Positions 40,211-51,539 of a stretch of DNA of 64,000 nt are shown here, piece by piece; the first letter of the stretch is position 1; every line of letters begins with the position of its first letter. Under the pieces are notes generated by a model. It ran no database searches, was not told the DNA's origin, and was given only the letters and a program-made list of their open reading frames with translations. The DNA is taken from positions 1,326 to 65,325 of the forward strand of contig JAZRLO010000008.1 of assembly GCA_045646845.1 (NCBI GenBank), in the 5' to 3' direction. The DNA is from Bacteroidaceae bacterium (GTDB lineage: Bacteria > Bacteroidota > Bacteroidia > Bacteroidales > Bacteroidaceae). A program made the translations under genes and the position numbers.

Positions 40211-40338
40211 TAATATAGATGTTGACCTATGAAAGGACCTTTGGAGGTTATGTCATTCTGAACAAAGTGAAGAATCTGAAAACTGAAGATACTTCGCTAC
40301 GCTCCGTATGACATGTGCACCGGGTCAACAGCTATATT
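40211..40338. mobile_element. MITE-like 128-bp element with 16-bp terminal inverted repeats
   Basis: Left end TAATATAGATGTTGACC and right end GGTCAACAGCTATATT pair at 15 of 16 positions. The interior contains the GTCATTCTGAAC..GAAGAATCT motif and its imperfect inverted partner CTTCGCTACGCTCCGTATGAC. There is no coding capacity. Confidence 0.45.
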
Positions 40339-40362
40339 GTTACTTAAATTAATTCAGCCCAA

Positions 40363-42090
40363 TTATCCGAGTTTCTCAATCCATGCGGCAACATCGTTTA
40401 CCGACGGGTTGGTGTAGCCCAGCTTGAACTTCTTGTTTATGCCGCCGATTTCCATCTGTACTTTCTGTGCATTAGCACCCTTGAGGTCGTTCACAAGGTT
40501 GTATCCGGCCTTGTGCAGCACAGGAACCCACTCCTCGGGAACACCTATTACTGCGAATGCTGCCGCGTTGTCCTTGGGAACCTTCTTCTCGGGGCGCATC
40601 TGCGGGAAGAACAGTACCTCCTGTATGGTAGTCTGCCCGGTCATGAGCATTGCAAGACGGTCCATACCTATACCCATACCAGATGTAGGAGGCATACCGT
40701 ACTCAAGCGCGCGCACGAAGTCCTTGTCGATGAACATTGCCTCGTCGTCGCCCTTCTCGCTCAGGCGCAGCTGCTCCTGGAAACGCTCGGCCTGGTCAAT
40801 GGGGTCGTTGAGCTCGCTGTATGCGTTGCAGAGCTCTTTACCGTTAACCATGAGCTCGAAACGCTCTGTGAGGTCGGGGTTCTCACGGTGACGCTTGCAA
40901 AGGGGAGACATCTCAATGGGGTAGTCCGTGATGAATGTAGGTTGTATGTAGTTGCCCTCGCAGAACTCTCCGAATATCTCGTCGATGAGCTTGCCTTTGC
41001 CCATTGTCTCGTCAACCTCCATCTTCAGTTCCTTGCAGATTGCGAAAATCTCCTCCTCGCTCTTGCCGTTGAGGTCATAGCCGGTGAACTCTTTGATTGA
41101 GTCGAGCATGGTCACGCGGCGGAACGGAGCCTTGAAACTGATGGTGTGTTCGCCTACCTGAACATCGGTTGTGCCGTTCACGTCAAGCGCGATTTTTTCG
41201 AGCATCTGCTCGGTAAAGCACATCATCCAGTTGTAGTCCTTGTACGATACATAAATCTCCATACAGGTGAACTCCGGGTTATGTGTGCGGTCCATACCCT
41301 CGTTGCGGAAGTTCTTTGAGAACTCATATACGCCCTCGAAACCGCCTACTATAAGGCGCTTCAGGTAGAGCTCGTTCGCGATACGCAGGTAAAGAGGGAT
41401 GTCGAGCGCGTTGTGGTGGGTGATGAACGGACGTGCTGCAGCACCGCCTGGGATAGACTGCAGTACGGGAGTTTCAACCTCCATATAGCCCTTTGAGTTG
41501 AAGAACTCGCGCATTGAACTGTATATCTTGTTACGCTTGATGAAGATCTCTTTTACATCGTCGTTTACCACAAGGTCAACGTAACGCTGGCGGTAACGGA
41601 GTTCGGGGTCCTCGAAACGGTCATAAGCCACACCGTCCTTGTACTTCACGATGGGCAGTGGACGTATGCTCTTTGAGAGTATGGTGAGCTCCTTGGCGTG
41701 TACTGTGATTTCACCGGTCTGTGTGCGGAATACGAATCCCTTGATTCCGACGAAGTCGCCAATGTCGAGCAGTCTCTTGAAAAGAACGTTGTATGTGTCT
41801 TTGTTCTCGCCCGGGCAGATATCGTCGCGTGTGATATATACCTGTACGCGGCCCTTTGAGTCCTGCAACTCGATGAATGAAGCCTTGCCCATTACTCGGC
41901 GGCTCATCATACGTCCCGCGATACATACTTCACGCGGTTCATCCTCGTCCTTGAACTCTGCAAGGATATCCGTTGAGAATGCGTTTGTGGGGTACTCGGC
42001 TGCCGGGTATGGTTCTATACCCATCTTGCGCAATTCGGCAAGTGCCTCGCGGCGTACTATCTCCTGTTCGCTTAATTCTAGAATGTTCAT
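40363..42090 (-). CDS. lysS: Lysine--tRNA ligase (class II) with C-terminal extension
   Basis: OB-fold N-terminus and class II motifs including [15 protein letters not shown]. Confidence 0.95.
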   Translation of the reverse strand: MNILELSEQEIVRREALAELRKMGIEPYPAAEYPTNAFSTDILAEFKDEDEPREVCIAGRMMSRRVMGKASFIELQDSKGRVQVYITRDDICPGENKDTYNVLFKRLLDIGDFVGIKGFVFRTQTGEITVHAKELTILSKSIRPLPIVKYKDGVAYDRFEDPELRYRQRYVDLVVNDDVKEIFIKRNKIYSSMREFFNSKGYMEVETPVLQSIPGGAAARPFITHHNALDIPLYLRIANELYLKRLIVGGFEGVYEFSKNFRNEGMDRTHNPEFTCMEIYVSYKDYNWMMCFTEQMLEKIALDVNGTTDVQVGEHTISFKAPFRRVTMLDSIKEFTGYDLNGKSEEEIFAICKELKMEVDETMGKGKLIDEIFGEFCEGNYIQPTFITDYPIEMSPLCKRHRENPDLTERFELMVNGKELCNAYSELNDPIDQAERFQEQLRLSEKGDDEAMFIDKDFVRALEYGMPPTSGMGIGMDRLAMLMTGQTTIQEVLFFPQMRPEKKVPKDNAAAFAVIGVPEEWVPVLHKAGYNLVNDLKGANAQKVQMEIGGINKKFKLGYTNPSVNDVAAWIEKLG

Positions 42091-42101
42091 CGTTTTATAT
42101 C

Positions 42102-42300
42102 GTTTTTAGAAGTTGTTTAAATTTCTTTCAAAAATATTATTTACATTATCCGTAAGAAGTGCTTGTCTTTTTATGCCCTTTTTTGTCTGTTTTTCCCTTT
42201 TTCGCAGTTACATAGCCCGCTATGTGCCTTTAAAAAATGAAAAAACACTCTAAAAAAGTTCTATAAAAATTTCAAGGACATAAATTTAAACAGCTTCTTA
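42102..42300. repeat. 199-bp direct repeat, copy 1 (whole uxs-lysS intergenic region)
   Basis: Identical to 44172-44370 except at 42153, 42225 and 42232 (196/199 by direct comparison). It ends exactly on the TTA stop-codon complement. Confidence 0.95.
42129..42136 (-). promoter_or_regulatory. Candidate -7 box (TATTTTTG) for lysS, inside repeat copy 1
   Basis: TAnnTTTG match 39 nt upstream of the ATG. Confidence 0.45.
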
Positions 42301-43233
42301 GATTAATTTCCTGAAATAGTCAATTGTGTGTTTCAGACCCTCTTCGAGAACTATCGTCGGTTTCCATCCGCCAAGCTCCTTGCCTGCCAACGTTATGTCC
42401 GGCTTGCGCTGTCGCGGGTCATCCTGCGGAAGCGGCTCGAATACGATTTTCGATGCGGAGCCTGTAAGTTCAATGACTTTTTCGGCCAGTTCGAGCATGG
42501 TGAACTCGCCGGGGTTGCCTATGTTTACGGGTCCTACGAATTCGTCTCTGGTCTCCATCATACGTATCATGCCATCAATAAGGTCATCGACATACTGGAA
42601 ACTGCGGGTCTGCTTGCCGTCGCCATAGATGGTTATGTCCTTGCCTTGCAGTGCCTGTACAATGAAATTTGACACGACGCGGCCGTCGTTCATGCTCATG
42701 CGTGGACCGTATGTATTGAATATGCGTATTATCTTTATCTTTACATTGTTCTGGCGGTGGTAGTCCATGAAAAGGGTCTCTGCACAGCGTTTGCCCTCAT
42801 CGTAGCATGAGCGTATTCCTATCGGATTCACGTTTCCCCAGTAGCTCTCTACCTGCGGGTGTATGATGGGGTCGCCGTAAACCTCGCTTGTCGATGCCTG
42901 CAGAATCTTCGCGCCTACGCGTTTGGCCAGTCCGAGCATGTTCATGGAACCTATGACACAGGTCTGTATGGTCTTTACAGGGTCGTGCTGGTAATGCACC
43001 GGGGAAGCCGGGCATGCGAGATTGTATATTTCATCGACCTCGGCCGTGTATGGCTGTGTTATGTCGTGACGTACCAGTTCAAAGTGGTCGTTGCCTATGA
43101 GATGACGTATGTTGTCCTTGCTGCCTGTGAAGTAATTGTCGAGGCATATGACATCATTCCCGTCCTTGAGCAAGCGCTCGCACAGGTGCGATCCTATGAA
43201 TCCGGCACCGCCGGTAACAAGTATTCTTTTCAT
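42298..43233 (-). CDS. UDP-glucuronate decarboxylase (UDP-xylose synthase-like SDR)
   Basis: [19 protein letters not shown] (YxxxK), and high overall similarity to UXS-type enzymes. Confidence 0.92.
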   Translation of the reverse strand: MKRILVTGGAGFIGSHLCERLLKDGNDVICLDNYFTGSKDNIRHLIGNDHFELVRHDITQPYTAEVDEIYNLACPASPVHYQHDPVKTIQTCVIGSMNMLGLAKRVGAKILQASTSEVYGDPIIHPQVESYWGNVNPIGIRSCYDEGKRCAETLFMDYHRQNNVKIKIIRIFNTYGPRMSMNDGRVVSNFIVQALQGKDITIYGDGKQTRSFQYVDDLIDGMIRMMETRDEFVGPVNIGNPGEFTMLELAEKVIELTGSASKIVFEPLPQDDPRQRKPDITLAGKELGGWKPTIVLEEGLKHTIDYFRKLI

Positions 43234-43248
43234 AATCCCGTCACTCTC

Positions 43249-44163
43249 TTATTCGAATACCGCACTGCCGGAACCTATCATGTTACCGTCAACGAATATG
43301 CTGACAAGATATTTTCCTTTGTTGAGTTTCTCTTCTATGTCCCAGTACATGGTGATTGTCTGCTCCTCTCCCGTATATTCGAATGCTTTTACCATTGAGT
43401 AGGCAATCTCGCGGTCTTCATATGTGAAGGTCTTTCTCCTGTTTTTTGTTAGAAGCTCTTGGTCACCATCGGTAATTCTCGCATATGCGGTCTTTTCTCC
43501 GGGTGCTGCGGTAATGTTCTTCGTGATGGTGAACGAAACCTGCAGCTGTTTGGCCTGCTTAATCTTCTCTGTGCTCTTTCCCTTCTTGTTGAGCATTATC
43601 ATCCTTACGTTGGTAGCATCGAGCTGGGCCGCCAGTGTTACCTTTTCCGTCAACTGCTCCTTCTCCTGGGCAAGATTGTCCCTCTCCTTCTCAACCTCCT
43701 TCTTGTCGGCAATAAGAGTCTTGTTCTCGTCCTTCAGAATGGTGTTTTCCCTGTGAAGAGAATCTATCTGCACTATGTAGCTCTCGAGAATTCCGCGCAG
43801 AGTCTTCAACTCCTTTTTCAGGCGTGCTATTTCCGCAGCGTCGGTGTTCTTTGTCCTTTCGAGTGCTTCGAGCAGTTCCTGTGTACGCTTCTGCTCAATC
43901 TCCAATTTGTAGCGGAGCGAGTCGTTGTCGATGCTCATTTTCAACTCGTCGTACTGCTGCTTGGCGGACTGCAGGTCACTGAGCATCTCCTCTTTTTCAA
44001 AGGCGATGTAGTCCTGAATCTCCTGGTTCTCTTGCTTTAGTTTATCGACAGTCTCCTCACTTCCGGCAAGCGAGAATGCAAGATATATCGTCGCGATGAC
44101 GAATATTGCAAGAATAGCCGGTACTATCCATTTCTTGTAATTCTTGGAAGCGTTGTTCTGCAT
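43249..44163 (-). CDS. Membrane-anchored coiled-coil protein of unknown function
   Basis: One N-terminal TM segment (WIVPAILAIFVIATIYLAF), about 170 aa of heptad-rich E/K/L sequence, and a beta-rich C-terminal domain. Confidence 0.7.
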   Translation of the reverse strand: MQNNASKNYKKWIVPAILAIFVIATIYLAFSLAGSEETVDKLKQENQEIQDYIAFEKEEMLSDLQSAKQQYDELKMSIDNDSLRYKLEIEQKRTQELLEALERTKNTDAAEIARLKKELKTLRGILESYIVQIDSLHRENTILKDENKTLIADKKEVEKERDNLAQEKEQLTEKVTLAAQLDATNVRMIMLNKKGKSTEKIKQAKQLQVSFTITKNITAAPGEKTAYARITDGDQELLTKNRRKTFTYEDREIAYSMVKAFEYTGEEQTITMYWDIEEKLNKGKYLVSIFVDGNMIGSGSAVFE

Positions 44164-44171
44164 GACTCTCT

Positions 44172-44370
44172 GTTTTTAGAAGTTGTTTAAATTTCTTTCA
44201 AAAATATTATTTACATTATCCGCAAGAAGTGCTTGTCTTTTTATGCCCTTTTTTGTCTGTTTTTCCCTTTTTCGCAGTTACATAGCCCGCTATGCGCCTT
44301 TGAAAAATGAAAAAACACTCTAAAAAAGTTCTATAAAAATTTCAAGGACATAAATTTAAACAGCTTCTTA
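44172..44370. repeat. 199-bp direct repeat, copy 2 (whole valS to coiled-coil-gene intergenic region)
   Basis: See copy 1. The offset is exactly 2070 nt. Confidence 0.95.
44199..44206 (-). promoter_or_regulatory. Candidate -7 box (TATTTTTG) for the coiled-coil gene, inside repeat copy 2
   Basis: Same sequence as 42129-42136, 36 nt upstream of the ATG. Confidence 0.45.
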
Positions 44371-47118
44371 TTTTGAAAGTTTCTGAATGCTCTCTCTCAA
44401 CATCGCAATCTTTTCGGTTGCGTCAGACTGTTTCTTGCGCTCGATGGCGATAATCTTCTCGGGTGCCTTGCTCACGAAGTTGGGGTTGTTCAATTTTGCC
44501 TCTACGCTCTTGAGGAACTTCTCGTGGTATGCGAGTTCCTCCTGCATCTTGGCAATTTCGGCATCCTTGTCAATGAGCGACCCCATAGGTACTGCAAACT
44601 CGTTGGTGCCTACTCGGAACGAAACGGCAGTGTCGTCTGGTGTGGAAACATTGTCAATTGATGTCAGGTTCGCCATCTTTGTGACAACGCTTTCAAGGCC
44701 GGCTACCGGTGAGTCGCCTACAATCTGCAATGTCAGCGGCTCGCGCGGTGAGAGGTTCTTCTGTTGGCGTATAGCACGTACGTTTCCGATGACGTCTTTC
44801 ATTACATCTATCTTGGCAAGGAATGCCTCGTCGTGTGCTGCGGCAAGTTCCTTCACACTCTGTACCATGAGGCTCTCGCCATCCTTGCGCTCCTTGATGC
44901 TCTGCCACAACTCCTCTGTGATGAATGGCATGAAGGGGTGGAGCAGGCGCAGCAGGCTGTCGAAGAATCCGAGCGTAGCCTCATATGTGGCCGCATCGAT
45001 GGGTGAACCGTATGCGGGTTTAATCATTTCGAGATACCATGCCGAGAACTCGTCCCAGAAGAGTGAATATACATTCATCAGAGCCTCGTTAAGGCGATAT
45101 TTGCCGAACTGGTCTTCGAGAAGTGCCGCTGATTTGGCAAGTGTCTCGCCAAAATACTTTATGGCGAGCTTGCTGCTCTCGGGCTGTTCTATGCTATCGC
45201 TTACGTTCCATCCCTTTACGAGGCGGAAAGCGTTCCATATTTTGTTGCAGAAATTGCGTCCCTGTTCGCAGAGGGTCTCGTCGAACAGGATGTCGTTGCC
45301 GGCAGGAGCCGACAGCATGATACCCATGCGTACTCCGTCAGCACCATAGCGGGCTATGAGGTCCAGAGGATCGGGGCTGTTTCCGAGCGACTTGCTCATC
45401 TTGCGGCCCAGCTTGTCGCGTACTATACCTGTGAAATATACGTTCTTGAACGGCATCTCGCCCTGGTATTCGTAGCCGGCCATAATCATGCGGGCTACCC
45501 AGAAGAAGATGATGTCCGGGCCTGTCACAAGGTCGTTGGTGGGGTAGTAATAGCTTATCTCCTTGTTGCCCGGGTCAAGGATACCATTGAACAGTGAAAT
45601 AGGCCACAACCATGAGCTGAACCATGTATCGAGTGCATCCTCGTCGTGACGCAACTCATCGGCTGTGATGTTCTCGTAACCTGGGATAGCCTTCGCGAGT
45701 GCGAGTGCCTCCTCGCGGCTCTCGGCAACCACAAACTTCTCGTCCGTGCCCTCTGCTGTGGGCAGGAAGTATGCCGGTATGCGGTGTCCCCACCAAAGCT
45801 GGCGGCTGATGCACCAGTCCTGGATATTGGCAAGCCAGTTGTTGTATGTAGTCTTGTATTTTGTCGGGTAGAATTTGAGTCTGTCCTCCATTACCGGCGG
45901 CAGTGCGATGTCGGCAAAGTGCTGCATGCGCAGGAACCATTGCATACACAGGCGTGGCTCTACGGCGGTGTCGGCATTGCGTTCACTGTATCCAACCTTG
46001 TTGTCATAGTCCTCGACCTTCTCCAAAAGATTTGCATCGGCAAGGTCCTTTACAATCTGTGCGCGTACATCCATGCGGTCCATGCCCACATACATGCCTG
46101 CGGCTTCGCTTATTGTTGCGTCGGCATTGAAGATGTCTATGGTCTCAAGATTGTGTGTCTTGCCCAACATATAGTCATTGGTGTCGTGCGCAGGAGTAAC
46201 CTTGAGGCAACCGGTACCGAACTCAATTTCTACATAGCGGTCCTCAATTACCGGAACAACGCGGTTTACCAGAGGTACTATAACTCTCTTTCCCTTCAGC
46301 CATGTGTTCTTGGGGTCCTTGGGGTTTATGCACATTGCGGTATCGCCCATGATTGTCTCGGGGCGTGTAGTCGCAACCACTGCGTAACGGCGGCCGTCGG
46401 CATCGCGGTGCAGAATCTGGTGCTTTACAGTGGGGTCGAATGCGTCTGTGGCTGAAAGTGTTACAGCTCCGTTCTCCTCACCGTCGGTGCTGCCGGCGCT
46501 TTCATCGACATAATATTTAAGGTAGTAGAGCTTGCTCTTCTCCTCCTTGTATATAACCTCCTCGTTGCTTAAGGCTGTCTGTGCCTTGGGGTCCCAGTTG
46601 ACCATGCGCAGGCCACGGTAGATTAGACCCTTGTTATAGAGGTCGCAGAATACCTTGATGACGCTCTGGCTACGTACTTCGTCCATTGTAAAGGATGTAC
46701 GGTCCCAGTCGCATGATGCTCCCAGCTTGCGCAGCTGCTTGAGGATGATGCCGCCATGCTCGTCGGTCCACTCCCAGGCGTGTTTCAGGAACTCCTCGCG
46801 TGTCAGGTCGCTCTTCTTTATACCCTTCTCGGCAAGCTTCTTCACAACCTTTGCCTCTGTGGCGATAGACGCGTGGTCGGTACCCGGTACCCAGCATGCG
46901 TTCTTGCCGAGCATGCGCGCGTGGCGTACAAGAATATCCTGAATCGTGTTGTTCAGCATGTGTCCCATGTGCAGCACGCCTGTAACGTTTGGCGGCGGTA
47001 TCACTATGGTGTATGGTTCTCTCTCATCGGGCTCCGAGTGGAACAGGTTGTTTTTCATCCAATATCCGTACCACTTCTCCTCAACCTCTGCGGGTATGTA
47101 AGTGCTTGCTAAGCTCAT
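44368..47118 (-). CDS. valS: Valine--tRNA ligase
   Basis: HIGH-type motif [13 protein letters not shown], plus KMSKS and a C-terminal coiled coil. Confidence 0.95.
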   Translation of the reverse strand: MSLASTYIPAEVEEKWYGYWMKNNLFHSEPDEREPYTIVIPPPNVTGVLHMGHMLNNTIQDILVRHARMLGKNACWVPGTDHASIATEAKVVKKLAEKGIKKSDLTREEFLKHAWEWTDEHGGIILKQLRKLGASCDWDRTSFTMDEVRSQSVIKVFCDLYNKGLIYRGLRMVNWDPKAQTALSNEEVIYKEEKSKLYYLKYYVDESAGSTDGEENGAVTLSATDAFDPTVKHQILHRDADGRRYAVVATTRPETIMGDTAMCINPKDPKNTWLKGKRVIVPLVNRVVPVIEDRYVEIEFGTGCLKVTPAHDTNDYMLGKTHNLETIDIFNADATISEAAGMYVGMDRMDVRAQIVKDLADANLLEKVEDYDNKVGYSERNADTAVEPRLCMQWFLRMQHFADIALPPVMEDRLKFYPTKYKTTYNNWLANIQDWCISRQLWWGHRIPAYFLPTAEGTDEKFVVAESREEALALAKAIPGYENITADELRHDEDALDTWFSSWLWPISLFNGILDPGNKEISYYYPTNDLVTGPDIIFFWVARMIMAGYEYQGEMPFKNVYFTGIVRDKLGRKMSKSLGNSPDPLDLIARYGADGVRMGIMLSAPAGNDILFDETLCEQGRNFCNKIWNAFRLVKGWNVSDSIEQPESSKLAIKYFGETLAKSAALLEDQFGKYRLNEALMNVYSLFWDEFSAWYLEMIKPAYGSPIDAATYEATLGFFDSLLRLLHPFMPFITEELWQSIKERKDGESLMVQSVKELAAAHDEAFLAKIDVMKDVIGNVRAIRQQKNLSPREPLTLQIVGDSPVAGLESVVTKMANLTSIDNVSTPDDTAVSFRVGTNEFAVPMGSLIDKDAEIAKMQEELAYHEKFLKSVEAKLNNPNFVSKAPEKIIAIERKKQSDATEKIAMLRESIQKLSK

Positions 47119-47158
47119 AATATTTACTTTATATAGTTATTCCAAATTAAGCTATCTG

Positions 47159-47166
47159 CAAAGTTA
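47159..47166 (-). promoter_or_regulatory. Candidate -7 box (TAACTTTG) for valS
   Basis: TAnnTTTG match 41 nt upstream of the ATG. Confidence 0.45.
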
Positions 47167-47360
47167 ATCCTTATTATTAAAATATCGGCTCTTCCGGCCG
47201 AAAATTTTACAAAATAGATGGAATTGCATTTTGTTTCCGATTTTATGAATAAGGTATGTAGCTGCCGTATCACGGTTGAATTTGCCGTATGATTATGAGT
47301 TTGGACAGTAAAGAACCGAAAAAGAACCAATTCTTTGTGGAATGTTGTCGGGTAATTCAT

Positions 47361-47368
47361 TATATTTG
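47361..47368 (+). promoter_or_regulatory. Candidate -7 box (TATATTTG) for the FGE-domain gene
   Basis: TAnnTTTG match 55 nt upstream of the ATG. Confidence 0.45.
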
Positions 47369-47422
47369 CCGCATCCGTACTGTGGAATTGCGCATATTCA
47401 GTATTAATCAATATCAAATATT

Positions 47423-48517
47423 ATGAAAGCTAACAGAATTAAATATCATTTTGGCAAGATGATATTTATGATGGCATTGCCTGTATCTCTTGTGACTATA
47501 GTCGCATGTGGTTCAAAACCTGCGGAGAATAAAGCGGAGGCTGCTGAAGCTCCGGCTCCTGTGGTGGAAGAGAATCTTCTCGAAGATCTTGTGTTCAACC
47601 ACAATGGCATTGAATTTACCATGATTGCCGTGGATGGCGGTACATTCCAGATGGGTGCTACTGCTGAACAGAGCAAATCGGATAAGGATGAGAAGCCTGT
47701 ACATAGTGTAACTCTAAAAAACTTCTACATTGCTGAGACCGAAGTTACTCAGGAACTCTGGGTTGCAGTTATGGATGAGAATCCTTCACATTTCGGATAT
47801 GGCGGCACTTATCCTGTTGATAAAATTAACTACAATGACTGTGTGGCCTTCATTAACAAATTGAACGAAGTTCTTGCCGGACAACTTCCCGAAGGTCGTG
47901 CATTCCGTCTTCCTACCGAGGCTGAATGGGAGTTCGCTGCACGTGGTGGCAACTATTCATCCGGTTATCAGTTCAGCGGAAGCAACAATATTGACGAAGT
48001 GGCATGTTACGTGGACAACATGTTTTATTCTCCCAACGTGGTAAAAACCAAACTTCCTAATGAACTCGGTATATATGATATGAGCGGAAACCTGTATGAA
48101 TGGTGCAGCGACTTCCATGATGACAAGTATTATGCATCTTCACCCCAGGAGAATCCTGCCGGTCCCGAAAGCGGCAAACGCCGTGTAATACGTGGCGGAA
48201 GCTGGGATTTGCCTTGGGATCATTGCCGTGTTTCAAACCGTAACAGGTGTCCTGTCGATGCTCGTGGCTTCAGCAACGGCATGCGCCTGGCTCTTGATGC
48301 AGACCCCGATGCGAAACCCATAAAGGGCAAGAGAGTGGCTGCAGTTGCACCCGAGGTGGAGCCGATAGACGAGTTTGAAGAGAATTATGATGCATTCTAT
48401 GAGCAGCCGGTCGAAGAAATAGCTGAAGCTTACGATAAGGCTCTACGTGAATATGAAGACGCGTATCAGCAGGACGCTAAGGAGTATGAGGATGCTTTTG
48501 ACGATGTTGCTTGGTAA
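47423..48517 (+). CDS. Formylglycine-generating-enzyme (SUMF1/FGE-sulfatase) domain lipoprotein with acidic tail
   Basis: Lipobox LVTIVAC, plus MSGNLYEWCSD and RVIRGGSW FGE-family blocks. Confidence 0.85.
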   Translation: MKANRIKYHFGKMIFMMALPVSLVTIVACGSKPAENKAEAAEAPAPVVEENLLEDLVFNHNGIEFTMIAVDGGTFQMGATAEQSKSDKDEKPVHSVTLKNFYIAETEVTQELWVAVMDENPSHFGYGGTYPVDKINYNDCVAFINKLNEVLAGQLPEGRAFRLPTEAEWEFAARGGNYSSGYQFSGSNNIDEVACYVDNMFYSPNVVKTKLPNELGIYDMSGNLYEWCSDFHDDKYYASSPQENPAGPESGKRRVIRGGSWDLPWDHCRVSNRNRCPVDARGFSNGMRLALDADPDAKPIKGKRVAAVAPEVEPIDEFEENYDAFYEQPVEEIAEAYDKALREYEDAYQQDAKEYEDAFDDVAW

Positions 48518-48598
48518 TAAATTTAGCGACATATATGGTGTGGTGAAAAAAGTGCTCTTTGCGTTCTTCCTGAATAGAATATGTTCTTTTAATTATAA

Positions 48599-49132
48599 AT
48601 GTTTTATATTATGAAAATGAAAAGATTCGGTTTTTGTGGTATTGCATCATTTGTGGTGTCTATGTTAATTCCGTTTGCAGTTCTTACCGGTTGCGGTTCA
48701 AAACCTGCAGAGAAAGTTGTTGCTGAACAAAAGACAGAACAGCAGATTGAAGCGGAAATAAAGTCCAGGATTGAAGCACTTGCTGCCGAATATAACAAAG
48801 AAGAGAATGTGGATTTCTCTGGTTTGTATATGAGCAGTGAGCTGAATGAACTGATAGACAAGGCGTGGGAGAATGACGAGATGTATCTCGAAGTTGATGC
48901 GTTTCTTAATGTTCAGGACTATGAAACTATAACTGCAGAGATAGAAGCTGTGAATGTAAAGAGCGAAACGGAGGCTTCTGTGTCAATGTGCTTTGTAGAT
49001 TCATATTACGGAAAACTTGAACCAACTACCCTTGAATTCATTTATGAGAATGGCGAATGGCGTGTTGATGACATCATAACCGATGGCTGGAGTTTGAAGA
49101 CTGCCACTGCCGAATTCTTGAACTCGCTGTAA
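48599..49132 (+). CDS. Hypothetical lipoprotein
   Basis: Lipobox AVLTGC. The start may be MKMKRFGF (48611). Confidence 0.7.
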   Translation: MFYIMKMKRFGFCGIASFVVSMLIPFAVLTGCGSKPAEKVVAEQKTEQQIEAEIKSRIEALAAEYNKEENVDFSGLYMSSELNELIDKAWENDEMYLEVDAFLNVQDYETITAEIEAVNVKSETEASVSMCFVDSYYGKLEPTTLEFIYENGEWRVDDIITDGWSLKTATAEFLNSL

Positions 49133-49285
49133 AAAACATTGAAGTAAACTTCATGTTTCTCGCTCGTTTGTTACTATCTTTGTAACGGTGATAATAGGAT
49201 AGGGATGGTGCGTTGCACTTATGTTATGCATCCCCCTATCCTTGCAGTATTGTTATGATACGGTAAATCTGAAATATATACGATA

Positions 49286-50068
49286 ATGCATAGCAGAGAA
49301 GAAAAAATAGAGGCCTATGGCCGTTTCCTGGACGTTCTCGACGAATTGCGTGAGAAGTGTCCTTGGGACCGCAAGCAGACAAACAGCAGCTTGCGCCCCA
49401 ATACTATTGAGGAGTGCTTTGAACTTTGTGACGCGCTCATAGCCGATGATACGCAGAATATTTGCAAGGAACTTGGCGATGTGCTGTTGCATGTCGCATT
49501 CTATGCGAAAATAGCGAGTGAAAAGGGACAGTTCGACATGAAGGACGTGTGTGACCGTTTATGTGAGAAACTTATATACCGCCATCCTCACGTTTTCGGT
49601 GAAACTGTTGCCGAAACGGCAGGTGAGGTCTGCAAGAATTGGGAACAGTTGAAACTGAAGGAGAAGGACGGCAACAAGAGCCTGTTGAGCGGTGTTCCTG
49701 TTTCCATGCCCTCTCTCATAAAGGCTTACCGCATGCAGGAAAAGGCTGCGAATGTGGGTTTCGACTGGGAAAAGAAAGAGGATGTGTGGGCAAAGGTGCG
49801 CGAGGAGATTGCCGAAGTGGAGGTTGAGATGCGTAGTGGTGACAAGGATAAAATGGAGAAGGAATTCGGTGACCTGCTCTTCAGTCTCGTGAATGCTGCG
49901 CGTCTTTATGGAATCAACCCTGACAATGCTCTTGAACTTACAAACAACAAGTTTCGTAACCGCTTCGGTTATGTCGAAGAAAAAACTATCAAACAAGGAC
50001 GCAATCTCAAGGATATGACACTTGCTGAGATGGATGCTCTTTGGAACGAAGCAAAAATTAATGAGTGA
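49286..50068 (+). CDS. mazG: MazG nucleoside triphosphate pyrophosphohydrolase
   Basis: Tandem MazG domains with ELGDVLLHVAFYAKIA and EFGDLLFSLVNAARL. Confidence 0.9.
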   Translation: MHSREEKIEAYGRFLDVLDELREKCPWDRKQTNSSLRPNTIEECFELCDALIADDTQNICKELGDVLLHVAFYAKIASEKGQFDMKDVCDRLCEKLIYRHPHVFGETVAETAGEVCKNWEQLKLKEKDGNKSLLSGVPVSMPSLIKAYRMQEKAANVGFDWEKKEDVWAKVREEIAEVEVEMRSGDKDKMEKEFGDLLFSLVNAARLYGINPDNALELTNNKFRNRFGYVEEKTIKQGRNLKDMTLAEMDALWNEAKINE

Positions 50069-51414
50069 AAGATATTGCAAATACTATGAAAACCACATTT
50101 CTTGCGTTTAAGTCATTGTTGACGGTTCTTATCTTCAGTTCTGCCTTCTCTATGTCAGCATCGGGGCAGGAACCCAATAAAAAATTATCGGTAGTGCATC
50201 CCGACCCGGGAAATGCAGTTGTATCGTCCGATGGTTCGTTGAAAATCACGCTGCTAACCAAGAAACAGAACTATACTGGCGGTCCGCAGGATACACGTGA
50301 TTCAGCAATATTTTCGCCAAAGTCGGTGAATGTGCATCCGGGCAACAAAAAGTATTATGTCAATTCTCTTGAGGGTGGTTCCACCGTCGTTTATGAGATG
50401 GGTACCAACCGCAAACTTAAGGTGATAAGCCACCGTCTCAACTCGTCGCATGACGGGTTGTGGGGTGACAGTTCCTCGCTGTATCCTTTCGAGCATTACC
50501 CTAAGAGTAACCATTTTATGGGTAAGCCTGTCGAGGCTGTATTCAGTCACGGCGGACGCTATTTGTGGGTGACATATTACAGACGTAACTATGATATCAA
50601 TGCTCAGGATCCCTCGGCACTTGCTGTCATAGATACCAGCACTGATGAGATAGTAAGACTAATGGAAACCGGTCCGTTGCCGAAGATGATTGCCGTGTCG
50701 CATGACAGCCGTTGCATTGCTGTTTCGCACTGGGGCAACAATACGGTCGGTATAATAAATATTGAGTCCGAAAATCCGATGGAGTGGTACCATTCGAAAT
50801 TGCACGTGGTGGATTATGTGCTTCCTCTCAATTACAGTCTGACAGAACCTGTTAACCGTGATAACGGCAGTGGATATGCGTTGCGTGGAACTGTGTTTAC
50901 TCCCGATGACCGTTATCTGCTTGTCGGCTGCATGGGCGGCGGTGGCGGTATAGCCGTGATTGACATGAAAGAGGGAAAGTATCTCGGTCGTGTTATGGGA
51001 ATGTTGGATGGTGTAAGACATCTTGTGATTGCTGGCGGATATCTTTACCTCAGCGTGAACCGTAGCGGATATGTGCAGCGTATAGAACTTGACAAGTTTA
51101 TCGCTGCTGCAAATGGTATTACCGGCAAGACAACTAAACTTACGGGTTGGACAAACTGCAAGGTTGGCATTGGCGCGCGCACTATAGAAGTTTCGCCTTG
51201 TGGACGTTATATTTTTGCGGCCTGCAACAATGCAAGTAGCCTTTATGTAGTTGATGCCAAACAGATGAAGGTGATTGCTACAGTTCCTGTCGATTCATAT
51301 CCTGTAGGTCTTGGCATTTCAAAAGACGGACGCTGTGTGATAACTACGTCGCAAGGGCGTTCCGGCAACGGCGGAAATGCTGTTGACGTATTTAATGTTG
51401 AGTACTTGAAGTGA
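50065..51414 (+). CDS. Secreted beta-propeller repeat protein (YncE/lactonase-like)
   Basis: Signal peptide (alternative start MKTTFLAF at 50086) and repeated propeller-like blades (VSHDSRCIAVSHWGNN, VSPCGRYIFAACNN, ISKDGRCVITT). Confidence 0.75.
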   Translation: MKDIANTMKTTFLAFKSLLTVLIFSSAFSMSASGQEPNKKLSVVHPDPGNAVVSSDGSLKITLLTKKQNYTGGPQDTRDSAIFSPKSVNVHPGNKKYYVNSLEGGSTVVYEMGTNRKLKVISHRLNSSHDGLWGDSSSLYPFEHYPKSNHFMGKPVEAVFSHGGRYLWVTYYRRNYDINAQDPSALAVIDTSTDEIVRLMETGPLPKMIAVSHDSRCIAVSHWGNNTVGIINIESENPMEWYHSKLHVVDYVLPLNYSLTEPVNRDNGSGYALRGTVFTPDDRYLLVGCMGGGGGIAVIDMKEGKYLGRVMGMLDGVRHLVIAGGYLYLSVNRSGYVQRIELDKFIAAANGITGKTTKLTGWTNCKVGIGARTIEVSPCGRYIFAACNNASSLYVVDAKQMKVIATVPVDSYPVGLGISKDGRCVITTSQGRSGNGGNAVDVFNVEYLK

Positions 51415-51478
51415 AGCTGCTAAACGATATGTAAAATAGGTTGACTGAAAGACGGATAAATTTGTTGTTATACTAGCA

Positions 51479-51522
51479 AAAGAATTGGCGACCCGAAAGT
51501 AATTTTGGGTCGCCAATTCTTT
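51479..51522. terminator. Bidirectional terminator (16-bp stem)
   Basis: AAAGAATTGGCGACCC / GGGTCGCCAATTCTTT between convergent genes. Confidence 0.8.
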
Positions 51523-51539
51523 GTCTTGAACTTTACGGG

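Noticed and set aside
49196-49242. Hairpin AGGATAGGG..CCCTATCCT upstream of mazG, as a possible riboswitch or terminator.
   Set aside because: It is a short bulged stem with no T-run and no recognisable riboswitch core. It could simply be part of the mazG leader. The evidence is too weak to call.
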